Below, in pieces: positions 49,165 through 58,545 of a DNA stretch of 64,000 nt (position 1 is its first letter; each line of letters opens with the position of its first letter). Source of the DNA: Crocinitomicaceae bacterium (lineage in GTDB: Bacteria > Bacteroidota > Bacteroidia > Flavobacteriales_D > Crocinitomicaceae). The position numbers and the translations under genes were made by a program. Location: the NCBI GenBank assembly GCA_024643545.1, contig JAHEMR010000005.1, positions 173,025 to 237,024 on the forward strand, read 5' to 3'. The notes under the pieces are model-generated. The model was not told where the DNA came from. It was given only the letters and a program-made list of their open reading frames with translations, and searched no databases.

Positions 49165-50292
49165 ATGGCCGGAATCTATGTGCACATTCCTTTTTGTAAG
49201 AAACGTTGTTCCTACTGCGATTTTCATTTTTCGACGACTTTTTCAAGTTACCGCGAAAAATTAATTGCAGCCATTTGCTTGGAATTGGATTTGCGCAAGT
49301 CTGAGTTGAAAGGGATTCCTGTGGAAACTGTCTACTTTGGGGGCGGTACCCCTAGTTTACTCACCAAAGATGAATTGTCCGATATTCTTCATACTGTTCG
49401 CAGTGCGTATCAATTAATTGACCGTCCTGAAATAACTTTTGAAGTAAATCCAGATGATGCGACAACAGAGAACTTAATTGCTTGGAAAGCGCTAGGAATT
49501 AATCGACTGAGTATTGGCTTACAATCCTTTCAAGAAACAGATTTAGCGTGGATGAATCGTTCTCATTCTACCCAACAAGGAGAAGAGGCCGTGCGATTGG
49601 CGCAAACCCTGGGATTTGACAACATCAGTATTGATTTGATTTATGGACTGCCGGAACTTTCCAATGAGCAATGGCTGTCTCATTTAAACCGTGCATTGAA
49701 CCTAAACATACAACACATTTCTTCCTATTGTTTAACCATAGAACCTAAAACTGCGTTAAGTCATTTTGTCGAAAAAGGCACCTTGAGTCGTCCATCGGAG
49801 GATCAACAAAGCGAGCAATTTGATTTGCTGGTGAGCACATTGGCGTCTGCTGGATTCGAACACTATGAAATTTCCAATTTTGCGAAGGACCAGAAATACG
49901 CAAAACATAATGCTGCTTATTGGAACTTCACGCCTTATGTCGGAGTTGGACCCAGTGCGCATTCCTTTAATGGTGATCAAAGACGATGGAACGTAGCCAA
50001 CAACACCAAATATTACCAAGAAGTTGGAAAAAACGATGCTTGGTTTGAGATTGAAACGCTTTCTGCATCAGATAAATGGAATGAGTATTTTCTTACGGGA
50101 CTCCGAACGAAATGGGGAATATTGAAAAAGAGCATTGCGGACCTTGGAGGATTCAATCCCTCTGAATTAATACAACTTGAAACCTATCTAAACACGGGTT
50201 TAATGATCGAAAACCAGGAGAATTATGTGTTAACGGAAAAGGGCAAGTTGCAAGCGGACGGAATTTCCTCCTCTTTTTTCCGAATCGATTAA
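49165..50292 (+). CDS. hemW: radical SAM family heme chaperone HemW
   Basis: 375 aa with the radical SAM motif CSYCDF and a HemN-like fold lacking the N-terminal extension. Confidence 0.9.
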   Translation: MAGIYVHIPFCKKRCSYCDFHFSTTFSSYREKLIAAICLELDLRKSELKGIPVETVYFGGGTPSLLTKDELSDILHTVRSAYQLIDRPEITFEVNPDDATTENLIAWKALGINRLSIGLQSFQETDLAWMNRSHSTQQGEEAVRLAQTLGFDNISIDLIYGLPELSNEQWLSHLNRALNLNIQHISSYCLTIEPKTALSHFVEKGTLSRPSEDQQSEQFDLLVSTLASAGFEHYEISNFAKDQKYAKHNAAYWNFTPYVGVGPSAHSFNGDQRRWNVANNTKYYQEVGKNDAWFEIETLSASDKWNEYFLTGLRTKWGILKKSIADLGGFNPSELIQLETYLNTGLMIENQENYVLTEKGKLQADGISSSFFRID

Positions 50293-50615
50293 GCTTCTAG
50301 CTTACCAATGTAAATGGTGTTTTCATCCACACGTACAGGACGTTTCAAAAAGGTGTATTCATCCAAGATAAACTGTCGCATCTCTTGTTCACTGAGTTGC
50401 TTATCCTTTAAACCCAACGTTTTATACTTGATTGCACGTTTAGAAAACAGGGCCTCGTAAGACCCTGCTAATTCTTTCATAAAATCCAAAGACTCAGCGT
50501 CGATTCCTGCTGATTTGATGTCAATGATTTCATATTCGGATGCATCCGAATAGGCTTTTAATAATTTGCGACAATTGTCACAGGTAGTTAATTGATAAAT
50601 GCGTTTCATTAACAA
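50289..50615 (-). CDS. ArsC/Spx/YffB-family thiol reductase-like protein
   Basis: 108 aa with IYQLTTCDNCRKLLKAY (CxxC at the family position) and a ...FLKRPV tail. Confidence 0.65.
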   Translation of the reverse strand: MLMKRIYQLTTCDNCRKLLKAYSDASEYEIIDIKSAGIDAESLDFMKELAGSYEALFSKRAIKYKTLGLKDKQLSEQEMRQFILDEYTFLKRPVRVDENTIYIGKLEA

Positions 50616-51022
50616 AACTCATCATATGCGGCTGCTAAATTCGCCGCAATCATTTGTGCGCTTCCGCCCTCTATGTGATGACGCTCCAAGAAATGAACTA
50701 ATTTACCATCTTTGAATAAAGCAATAGATGGTGAAGATGGAGGATAAGGTAAAAAATACTTTCTTGCTTGAGCAACTGCATCGGTATCAACACCTGCAAA
50801 AACGGTAGTTAATTTGCTTGGTTTTTTATCGTGGTGTAAAGATAATTTCACACCTGGACGCATATTTCCTGCAGCACATCCACAAACTGAGTTCACAACG
50901 ACAAGCATTGTCCCGCTTGTTTCATTTATCGCTTGGTCTACTTCTGAATTACTCGTTAATTGTTCAAACCCAACACTTGTTAGGTCGTCTTTCATTGGTT
51001 GTACTAATTCTGGTGGATACAT
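50609..51022 (-). CDS. bacilliredoxin BrxA/BrxB family (DUF1094/YphP-like)
   Basis: 137 aa with the hallmark VVNSVCGCAAGN (CGC active site). It overlaps the downstream ArsC-like gene by 7 nt. Confidence 0.8.
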   Translation of the reverse strand: MYPPELVQPMKDDLTSVGFEQLTSNSEVDQAINETSGTMLVVVNSVCGCAAGNMRPGVKLSLHHDKKPSKLTTVFAGVDTDAVAQARKYFLPYPPSSPSIALFKDGKLVHFLERHHIEGGSAQMIAANLAAAYDEFC

Positions 51023-51040
51023 TGTCTTTATTTTAGATTA

Positions 51041-51048
51041 CAAAATTA
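51041..51048 (-). promoter_or_regulatory. candidate -7 box (TAatTTTG) for the brx/arsC-like pair
   Basis: The minus strand reads TAATTTTG, 18 nt upstream of the brx ATG. Confidence 0.45.
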
Positions 51049-51049
51049 C

Positions 51050-51071
51050 GGATAAGATTCAATTCTTATCC
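51050..51071 (-). terminator. hairpin after the mutS-lipoprotein unit (weak terminator candidate)
   Basis: GGATAAGA-ttcaat-TCTTATCC has a perfect 8-bp stem. On the minus strand it is followed only by an interrupted U-tract (GTAATTTTG). Confidence 0.35.
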
Positions 51072-51087
51072 ATGCTCATTTTAGATT

Positions 51088-52002
51088 TTAGGAAAGCAAG
51101 TCAAGAATTTCTATTGGTGAAATGTAGAAGCCCATGCCTTTTTTGTACGGGATTAACGGTTTCATCCCAAACTTTCGTAAAAATTGTTTATTTGTTGCCT
51201 TTTCATTCCAAAACAGTAAGAAAGACTTCGTCATTTCGTAATTCCGGGCTTGGGGCACAACAGCTACTGCAAAGTAATCGTTGTATACATTCGGGGGAAA
51301 TAAAAGCACACGTTTTTTAGAGCGATCTAGCTCTTTATTCTTGAAATACGCACTGTATTTCATTAATAGCAATTGTCTATTGGGTGAAGTTTTCGTTCCT
51401 TCTTGGTAATTTACACGGTGATCTTTCAGTCCACGCAACCATTTTTTCAACCCATTCTTTTTTGCACGCTTGTTCTGTTGAAATTGATAACGAACATGAG
51501 CTTTCATTACCTCCAAGGAAGCTAAATCTGGGCTTGCCCAAAGATAATCAGTACTCAATTCTCGATAGGTAGTTGGCTTCTCTAAACTATCCTTCAAATA
51601 AGTAAGGACAAAAGGATCCCTTCCGATTAAAAACCAATTCTTCTTGATTTGGTTGAATTGATCGAGTTTCTGCTCTTCAAAATCGAGTTGTATCGCCTGG
51701 AAAGCTTGATTTTCCAATTGTTTTACGCTTAAAAGTGAATGGACAAATACCATATCAAACTCCGTGTTGTAACCATCTTTTTTTAGACGGTAATCCATAG
51801 AGTCAGCGCGCATATGAATTATTTCTACCTGAACTTTATTGTCCTTTGCGAATTCACCAAAATACCTGGCATCTTTCGGGTACAGAAAATCAGATGCAAT
51901 CACTAATTTTTTATGTGCTAAAGGCTGTGCCTCCTCGATGGAACAGGCAACTAAACCGCCCATTAAAAAAACCAGAAAAAAGAGATTTTTGATTTTATCC
52001 AC
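51088..52002 (-). CDS. lipoprotein resembling a type-2 periplasmic substrate-binding protein (orphan)
   Basis: 304 aa with a lipobox GGLVACS. The alternating beta-alpha pattern KKLVIASDF...[12 protein letters not shown]...DMVFVHS loosely resembles iron/thiamine-type SBPs. It overlaps the mutS stop by 8 nt. Confidence 0.45.
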   Translation of the reverse strand: MDKIKNLFFLVFLMGGLVACSIEEAQPLAHKKLVIASDFLYPKDARYFGEFAKDNKVQVEIIHMRADSMDYRLKKDGYNTEFDMVFVHSLLSVKQLENQAFQAIQLDFEEQKLDQFNQIKKNWFLIGRDPFVLTYLKDSLEKPTTYRELSTDYLWASPDLASLEVMKAHVRYQFQQNKRAKKNGLKKWLRGLKDHRVNYQEGTKTSPNRQLLLMKYSAYFKNKELDRSKKRVLLFPPNVYNDYFAVAVVPQARNYEMTKSFLLFWNEKATNKQFLRKFGMKPLIPYKKGMGFYISPIEILDLLS

Positions 52003-54631
52003 CTGTTAGTTTTTTGATTTCATTTAACTTCATTAATGCTTCCACAGGTGTAAGCGTATTGATATCAATTCCAATTAATTCTTCGTGAATTTGTTCTAAA
52101 ACAGGATCATTGAGTTGGAAAAAGCTTAATTGCATATTTGGATCTTTGTCCTTCTTCCCTTTTTTATTTCCATTCGTCGAACCAACATTTGCATGAGAAA
52201 ACTCAAGGTCTTTCAACACTTGCTCGGCTCTTTTCAGTACCATCGGAGGCATTCCGGCCATGCGTGCTACGTGAATTCCAAAGGAGTGCGCACTTCCCCC
52301 AGGTGTTAACTTTCGCAGAAATAATACACGGTCACCAAGTTCTTTTACGGACACATTGTGGTTTCGAATGCGTTCAAAGCTTTTGCTCATTTCATTCAAC
52401 TCATGGTAGTGCGTTGCAAACAACGTTTTGCATTTCGCTTTCGCATTTTCGTGGATAAATTCGGCAATTGACCAGGCAATGGAAATCCCATCATAAGTGC
52501 TTGTTCCGCGTCCAATCTCATCGAGGAGGATTAAACTACGCGGAGAAATATTGTTCAAAATACTCGCCGTTTCATTCATTTCCACCATAAACGTGGATTC
52601 ACCGGAAGAAATATTATCTGATGCGCCAACACGCGTAAAAACTTTGTCGATTAATCCGATTTTTGCAGCATCGGCAGGAACAAAACTGCCCATTTGTGCC
52701 ATCAGGACAATCAGTGCGGTTTGACGAAGGATTGCACTTTTTCCACTCATATTTGGACCGGTAATCATGATGATTTGTTGGTCGTTATTGTCGAGTAAAA
52801 CGTCGTTTGCAATGTATGTTTCTCCTACGGGCAGACGACGCTCAATCACTGGATGGCGTCCGTTTTTGATGTCCAAAACATAACTTTCATTGATCTCTGG
52901 ACGCACATAGTTATTTTCTGTTGCTGTTTGCGCAAAGGAGAACAAACAATCTAAACGCGCTATCAGTAATGCATTGTGTTGTATTGGTTGAATGTAATCC
53001 GCCATGCTAAACACAAGGTCTTGAAACAATTTGGATTCAATGGCATAGATTTTTTCTTCTGCACCGAGAATTTTTCCTTCGTATTCTTTCAGCTCTTCGG
53101 TGATGTATCGTTCCGCATTGACAAGTGTCTGCTTGCGAATCCATTCCTCTGGGACTTTATCTTTGTGCGTGTTTCGTACTTCAATGAAATACCCAAATAC
53201 ATTATTGAAAGCGATCTTCAAACTTGGGATTCCCGTACGCTTTGATTCCCGCTCTTGTATTTGTTCGAGGTAATCCTTTCCGTTGAAAGAAATTTCGCGA
53301 AGTTCATCTAGTTCTGCGTTAAATCCTGATCGGATGATCATTCCTTTTCCAACCTGAGCAACCGGTTCATCGCAAAGCGTTTTGTCAATCAAATCGATTA
53401 AACTCTGACATGCATTCATTTGCTCAGTCAGTTTTTTCAAAGAAACTAAATCTCCATCTTTTAAAAGCGTTTTAATTGGATCAATTTGCATCAGGGTTCG
53501 ACGCAAGTGCATGACTTCTTTTGGATTGACTTTTCCAACGGCTACTTTGGAAATCAAGCGTTCTAAATCGCCAATTTCTTTGAGCCTTTGACCAATTTCG
53601 TAGCTAATTTCAGGATGCGAAACCAAATAATCGACAATGTCTAGGCGCTCTTCAATGGGTTTTTGATCCTTCAATGGTAAGACAATCCAACGTTTCATTT
53701 GACGTCCACCCATTGGAGTCAGGGTTCGATCTAGTACATCCGAAAGTGTTACGGCATTTTCATTTGCGGAATATATTAATTCGAGGTTTCGAACTGTAAA
53801 TCGATCGAGCCAAACGTATTTTTCCTCCTCGATTCGTGAAATCGTGGAAATGTGACCCAAACGATGGTGTTGATTCTCGTTTAAATAATGAAAAACGGCT
53901 CCAGCTGCAACAATCGCAGCCGACAATCCTTCAATGCCAAATCCTTTTAAGGATTTTGTTCCAAAATGCTTCGTAAGCATTTCGTTTGCATAATCATTGG
54001 TGTAAACCCAATCCTCCACACGGAATGTAAAGTGATTTTCGCCAAATTGCTGTTCGAAATCACTCCTTTTGTTCTTTTGGTAGATAATTTCAGTTGGTTC
54101 GAAGCCACTTATGAGTTTATCGATGTATTCTTTATTTCCTTGTGCCACCAAGAATTCCCCGGTGGAAACATCTAAAAAGGCTACGCCAATCGCAGTTTTT
54201 TCAAAATGAATGGCACAAAGAAAATTATTGCGCGATTGTTCGAGTACTTGATCATTAAAGGAAACCCCTGGAGTAACCAATTCCGTTACACCCCTTTTGA
54301 CAATGGTTTTTGTCATCTTTGGATCCTCTAACTGGTCGCAAATAGCCACGCGTTGACCAGCTCGCACAAGTTTCGGCAAGTATGTATCAAGTGAATGGTG
54401 GGGAAACCCAGCTAATTCAATTTCAGTTGCCGAACCATTCCCACGCTTTGTTAAAATAATGCCCAAAATGCGCGATGTTTTTACCGCGTCTTCACCAAAT
54501 GTTTCGTAAAAATCTCCCACACGAAACAACAATAAAGCTTCCGGATGACGGGCTTTAATTTGATTGTATTGTTTCATCAAAGGCGTTTCAGTGACAGCTT
54601 TTTCTGTGTTTGATTTTGACAAGGTTGGCAT
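51995..54631 (-). CDS. mutS: DNA mismatch repair protein MutS
   Basis: 878 aa with [11 protein letters not shown], mismatch-binding GDFYE, and the Walker A motif [10 protein letters not shown]. Confidence 0.97.
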   Translation of the reverse strand: MPTLSKSNTEKAVTETPLMKQYNQIKARHPEALLLFRVGDFYETFGEDAVKTSRILGIILTKRGNGSATEIELAGFPHHSLDTYLPKLVRAGQRVAICDQLEDPKMTKTIVKRGVTELVTPGVSFNDQVLEQSRNNFLCAIHFEKTAIGVAFLDVSTGEFLVAQGNKEYIDKLISGFEPTEIIYQKNKRSDFEQQFGENHFTFRVEDWVYTNDYANEMLTKHFGTKSLKGFGIEGLSAAIVAAGAVFHYLNENQHHRLGHISTISRIEEEKYVWLDRFTVRNLELIYSANENAVTLSDVLDRTLTPMGGRQMKRWIVLPLKDQKPIEERLDIVDYLVSHPEISYEIGQRLKEIGDLERLISKVAVGKVNPKEVMHLRRTLMQIDPIKTLLKDGDLVSLKKLTEQMNACQSLIDLIDKTLCDEPVAQVGKGMIIRSGFNAELDELREISFNGKDYLEQIQERESKRTGIPSLKIAFNNVFGYFIEVRNTHKDKVPEEWIRKQTLVNAERYITEELKEYEGKILGAEEKIYAIESKLFQDLVFSMADYIQPIQHNALLIARLDCLFSFAQTATENNYVRPEINESYVLDIKNGRHPVIERRLPVGETYIANDVLLDNNDQQIIMITGPNMSGKSAILRQTALIVLMAQMGSFVPADAAKIGLIDKVFTRVGASDNISSGESTFMVEMNETASILNNISPRSLILLDEIGRGTSTYDGISIAWSIAEFIHENAKAKCKTLFATHYHELNEMSKSFERIRNHNVSVKELGDRVLFLRKLTPGGSAHSFGIHVARMAGMPPMVLKRAEQVLKDLEFSHANVGSTNGNKKGKKDKDPNMQLSFFQLNDPVLEQIHEELIGIDINTLTPVEALMKLNEIKKLTGG

Positions 54632-54710
54632 TTTAAAATTGGAATTTAAAATTAGGAATTTTTATGTGGTCTTCTGCACCTATTTCCAAGAACATTTTAA
54701 CAATTACTCT

Positions 54711-54718
54711 TAACTTTG
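54711..54718 (+). promoter_or_regulatory. candidate -7 box (TAacTTTG) for the trmH-family gene
   Basis: TAACTTTG lies 7 nt upstream of the ATG at 54726. Confidence 0.4.
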
Positions 54719-54725
54719 AATCAAG

Positions 54726-55271
54726 ATGAGTACAGAATCAAAAAACAAAAAATTAAAGCTTTGGGAACTGAATCGTGTTTCCGACGAAGCATTTAAAATA
54801 CAAGCAAAAAATCCTATTGTTATTGTATTGGATGATATTCGATCCTTGAACAACATCGGTTCTTTTTTTCGTGCCTCAGATGCATTTAATGTGGAGAAAA
54901 TTTACCTCTGTGGAATCTGCGCATGCCCACCTCACAGAGATATTCACAAAACAGCTCTCGGCGCAACGGAAACCGTTGAGTGGGAATACCGTTCCGATAT
55001 TCTGGAACTAACAGCTGAATTGAAACAACATGGTTATACTGTCTGTACTGTTGAACAAACAGAAAAAACCACCATGCTTCAGGACATTCATTCCTTAACA
55101 GACGAAAAGTTTGCACTCGTTTTTGGAAACGAAGTAAATGGCGTGAATCAACAGGTAATCGATCAGTCTGATTACGTGATTGAAATCCCTCAATTTGGAA
55201 CGAAACATAGTTTAAACGTCAGTGTGTGCGCGGGAATCGTCATGTGGGAATTTTGTAAACGCTACATTTAA
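54726..55271 (+). CDS. SpoU/TrmH-family RNA 2'-O-methyltransferase
   Basis: 181 aa with NIGSFFRASDAF, FGNEVNGV and IPQFGTKHSLNVSVCAGIVMWEF. Confidence 0.9.
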   Translation: MSTESKNKKLKLWELNRVSDEAFKIQAKNPIVIVLDDIRSLNNIGSFFRASDAFNVEKIYLCGICACPPHRDIHKTALGATETVEWEYRSDILELTAELKQHGYTVCTVEQTEKTTMLQDIHSLTDEKFALVFGNEVNGVNQQVIDQSDYVIEIPQFGTKHSLNVSVCAGIVMWEFCKRYI

Positions 55272-55275
55272 GTCC

Positions 55276-56676
55276 ATGAAACAGGTGATTTTTATTTCTT
55301 TGCTTTTGCTAATACGGCACGTTTCAGCCCAAGAAATAAAAAATGTTCGCTTGTTAGACCATTGGTTTTCAGACACTATTATGACGAGTTCAAGTCAGGT
55401 ACGATTTAGCAGTTGTTGGGCTTTTGTTCAGAATGGACGCGAATACGGTGTAATTGGTTCCACGGAAGGCGCACATATTTTTGAGCTGACGGAACAAGAC
55501 AGCTTGCGTTTTGTAGACTTCGTTCCAGGTCGCTATCAATCCGCTCAAGCCATAACGCGTGAATACAAACATTACCAAAATTACGTGTATGCCATTTGTG
55601 ATGAGGGTCCAAGTAGTCTTCAAATCATTGATGTATCTTATTTGCCGGATTCGGTGCACCTTGTTGCCGATTTACAAGATCAGAATTTTGGAAAATCACA
55701 CAATTTATTCATCGATTCCTTGAATGCTCGACTGTATTTAACCTTGGTGAATCCAATCGTTAACGGCAATGAACAAGGGATTATCCCAATGCGCGTCTAT
55801 TCTTTGGCGAACCCAATTCTACCCACACTTCTTTGGGAAGGACCAAATGATATTCCAGAGGTCCATGATTTGTATGTGAAGAACAATAGGGCGATTTTAA
55901 ATTGTGGCTTTGATGGCATGCGCACGTATGACTTTAGTGATCCGAGTAATCCGATTTACGTGAATAATTTATCCTTTTATCCCCAACAAGGATACAACCA
56001 TCAAGGCTGGTTGAGTCCGGATGAAAGCACCTACGTGTTTGCGGACGAAACAGCTGGATTGCCAATCAAAAAATGCCGTGTTTTACCGAATGGACAACTC
56101 CAAGTCCAACAATTTTTTGGCACGGAGAACTCCCCTTATCCCAAAACACCCCACAACGTACACATAACCAATGAATTTGCTTTTGTTGCGTATTACAACG
56201 ACGGACTCCGGATTTTTGATTTGCGCAAAAACCCGCCAACTGAAATTGGTGTTTATGATACCTATTTTGATAATACCATTACGAATGGATTCTCCATGTG
56301 GGGAGCTTGGGGGATTCACGCACTTTTACCGAGCGAACGCATTTTGATTTCCGATCGAAACAATGGCTTCTTTTTATTCGAATTTGACCGATCAAAGTTC
56401 ATCATTCCAAGTACAGAACACGTTCAACTCTATCCAAATCCATCTTCTATCGGTGAGGAAGTTTTCGTGAGATTGCCGAATGATGAGGTATCGGAATTCG
56501 ATGTAAACATCGTCGATGCCAAGGGAAACCTTGTAGCAAATTTGGAAATCCAACAACAATCCTATGCACATTTACCGGTAGATTTAGCCGCAGGATGTTA
56601 CTTCATACGCGTAACATGGCTTAACTACCTGGGTGAAAGTCAGACAGAAATGTTAAAATGGGTTAAATACGATTAA
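55276..56676 (+). CDS. T9SS-secreted LVIVD-repeat/beta-propeller protein
   Basis: The ATG at 55276 (MKQVIFISLL, signal peptide) is preferred, because the ORF-track start at 55222 lies inside trmH. It has repeated HDLYV...G.RI.D patterns and the type-A sorting domain LYPNPSSIGEEVFV...GCYFIRV. Confidence 0.8.
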   Translation: MKQVIFISLLLLIRHVSAQEIKNVRLLDHWFSDTIMTSSSQVRFSSCWAFVQNGREYGVIGSTEGAHIFELTEQDSLRFVDFVPGRYQSAQAITREYKHYQNYVYAICDEGPSSLQIIDVSYLPDSVHLVADLQDQNFGKSHNLFIDSLNARLYLTLVNPIVNGNEQGIIPMRVYSLANPILPTLLWEGPNDIPEVHDLYVKNNRAILNCGFDGMRTYDFSDPSNPIYVNNLSFYPQQGYNHQGWLSPDESTYVFADETAGLPIKKCRVLPNGQLQVQQFFGTENSPYPKTPHNVHITNEFAFVAYYNDGLRIFDLRKNPPTEIGVYDTYFDNTITNGFSMWGAWGIHALLPSERILISDRNNGFFLFEFDRSKFIIPSTEHVQLYPNPSSIGEEVFVRLPNDEVSEFDVNIVDAKGNLVANLEIQQQSYAHLPVDLAAGCYFIRVTWLNYLGESQTEMLKWVKYD

Positions 56677-58379
56677 ACCAAACGAATAAACAGAATGTCA
56701 TCCTCTTTACTCACCTTCAATAGGTTGTTTTTAGTTAAGGTTTTCACGCTGTTGTCCCAAACTTTATTGCTCATGTCTGCAAATTGAGCTCTTAGTTCCG
56801 GTAATTTGGCTTCACCTTGTTTTTGCATGGCAGAGAAAATGGCTTGCTCGTTCTCGTTCAGTTCGATTTTCACACTTTTTGTTTCCGGTCGCATTTGAGG
56901 GAAGAACAAAATCTCTTGAATCGATGCGTTGTTCGTTAAGTACATGATCAAACGGTCCATTCCGATACCAAGTCCACTAGTTGGCGGCATTCCATATTCC
57001 AAAGCACGTAAGAAGTCTTGGTCGATAAACATGGCTTCATCGTCTCCTTTTTCTTGCAAACGAAGTTGTTCTTCGAAACGTTCGCGTTGATCAATCGGAT
57101 CATTTAATTCTGAATAAGCATTTGCTACTTCTTTTCCGCAAACCATTAATTCGAAACGTTCAGTTAATGCTGGATTATCGCGGTGAACTTTACACAATGG
57201 TGACATTTCTTTTGGATAGTCCGTGATGAACGTTGGTTGGATGTAATTTCCTTCGCATTTTCCACCAAAAATCTCATCAATCAATTTTCCTTTACCCATT
57301 GTTTCGTCAACGGCGATGCCCATTCCTTTAGCTGCTTCAAATAGTTCTGCTTCAGACTTTCCGTCAATATCGAATCCAGTGAAGTCGATGATTGATTGAC
57401 GCATCGTCACTCGTTTGTATGGTGCACGGAAATCTATGTGATGCTCACCAAAAGTTGCTTCAGTCTTGCCGTTTACGCTCATGGCACAATGTTCCAAAAG
57501 ACGCTCGGTAAAGTCCATCATCCAGTTGTAATCTTTGTAGGAAACGTAAATTTCCATCGCGGTAAATTCCGGATTGTGCGTGCGGTCCATTCCTTCATTT
57601 CTGAAGTTTTTAGAGAATTCATACACGCCATCGAAACCACCTACGATTAATCGCTTTAAGTATAATTCATTCGCAATGCGCATGTACAAAGGAATGTCCA
57701 AGGCATTGTGGTGCGTCATAAATGGACGAGCAGATGCTCCACCAGGAATTGCTTGAAGTATCGGAGTTTCAACTTCCATATAGCCAGCTTCATTGAAGAA
57801 GTGACGCATGGCGTTGAATAATTTTGTTCGTTTCACAAATACTTCTTTCACATGTGGATTTACGACTAAATCAACATAACGTTGACGGTAGCGCAATTCT
57901 GGATCTGTAAAAGCATCGTGTACATTTCCTTCTGTATCTGTTTTTGGAAGCGGAAGTGGACGCAATGATTTACTCAAAAGCGTAAAGGAGTGCACGTGAA
58001 CAGAGATTTCACCTACTTGGGTTTTAAACATGTGTCCTTTTACCCCAATAAAATCGCCTAGATCGAGTAATTTTTTGAATACTTCGTTGTACAAAGTTTT
58101 GTCTTCGTCCGGACAAATTTCATCGCGGTTAATGTATACTTGAATTCTTCCAGAGGCATCTTGCAATTCAGCAAACGAGGCTTTACCCATGATGCGTTGA
58201 GACATCATTCGTCCGGCTAAACAAACTTCCTTTCCATCTTCAAAATCCTGCTTCAATTGACTTGCATATGCATCAACAGGGTATAAGGCAGCTGGATAAG
58301 GGTCGATGCCCAAATCGCGTAGTTTTTGAAGGGATTCTCTTCTCAGGATTTCCTGTTCAGAAAGTTCGATATGACTCAT
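56673..58379 (-). CDS. lysS: lysine--tRNA ligase (class II) with a ~70-aa C-terminal extension
   Basis: It has class II motifs (FRNEGMDRTHNPEFT, GLGIGMDRL). The ORF extends to 58412, but the -7 box at 58399-58406 lies inside that extension and favours Met12 (MSHIELSEQE). Confidence 0.95.
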   Translation of the reverse strand: MSHIELSEQEILRRESLQKLRDLGIDPYPAALYPVDAYASQLKQDFEDGKEVCLAGRMMSQRIMGKASFAELQDASGRIQVYINRDEICPDEDKTLYNEVFKKLLDLGDFIGVKGHMFKTQVGEISVHVHSFTLLSKSLRPLPLPKTDTEGNVHDAFTDPELRYRQRYVDLVVNPHVKEVFVKRTKLFNAMRHFFNEAGYMEVETPILQAIPGGASARPFMTHHNALDIPLYMRIANELYLKRLIVGGFDGVYEFSKNFRNEGMDRTHNPEFTAMEIYVSYKDYNWMMDFTERLLEHCAMSVNGKTEATFGEHHIDFRAPYKRVTMRQSIIDFTGFDIDGKSEAELFEAAKGMGIAVDETMGKGKLIDEIFGGKCEGNYIQPTFITDYPKEMSPLCKVHRDNPALTERFELMVCGKEVANAYSELNDPIDQRERFEEQLRLQEKGDDEAMFIDQDFLRALEYGMPPTSGLGIGMDRLIMYLTNNASIQEILFFPQMRPETKSVKIELNENEQAIFSAMQKQGEAKLPELRAQFADMSNKVWDNSVKTLTKNNLLKVSKEDDILFIRLV

Positions 58380-58398
58380 TGGATTTGAATTAAGACTA

Positions 58399-58406
58399 CA
58401 AAGATA
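58399..58406 (-). promoter_or_regulatory. candidate -7 box (TAtcTTTG) for lysS
   Basis: The minus strand reads TATCTTTG, 19 nt upstream of the ATG at 58379. Confidence 0.45.
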
Positions 58407-58545
58407 AGTCATCTCATGAAAATTACTAATTCCTACGAAGGATTTGGCTTAAAATTAATGTGACCAACTGACAATTTTGCGTTCATAAGTTGACTTTATC
58501 AATCCCTGTCTGTACGCATTCTTCTTCTACCTTCGTCTATCAGCT

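Noticed and set aside
54632-54661. Tandem 13-14-bp direct repeat TTTAAAATT(A)GGAATTT immediately upstream of mutS
   Set aside because: It has only two units in AT-rich promoter DNA. It most likely reflects duplicated near-consensus -7-like boxes (TAATTTTA), which is not enough for a specific claim.
56673-56900. C-terminal ~70-aa extension of LysRS as a novel domain
   Set aside because: As I recall, Bacteroidota LysRS proteins commonly have a total length of about 570-580 aa with such an extension, so it is probably lineage-typical.
25429-58545. Sigma-54 promoters (TGGCAC-N5-TTGC) in intergenic regions, sought because rpoN and an NtrY-like kinase are present
   Set aside because: Scanning the intergenic spacers by eye found no GG-N10-GC match with flanking consensus. 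A proper PWM scan is needed before concluding absence.
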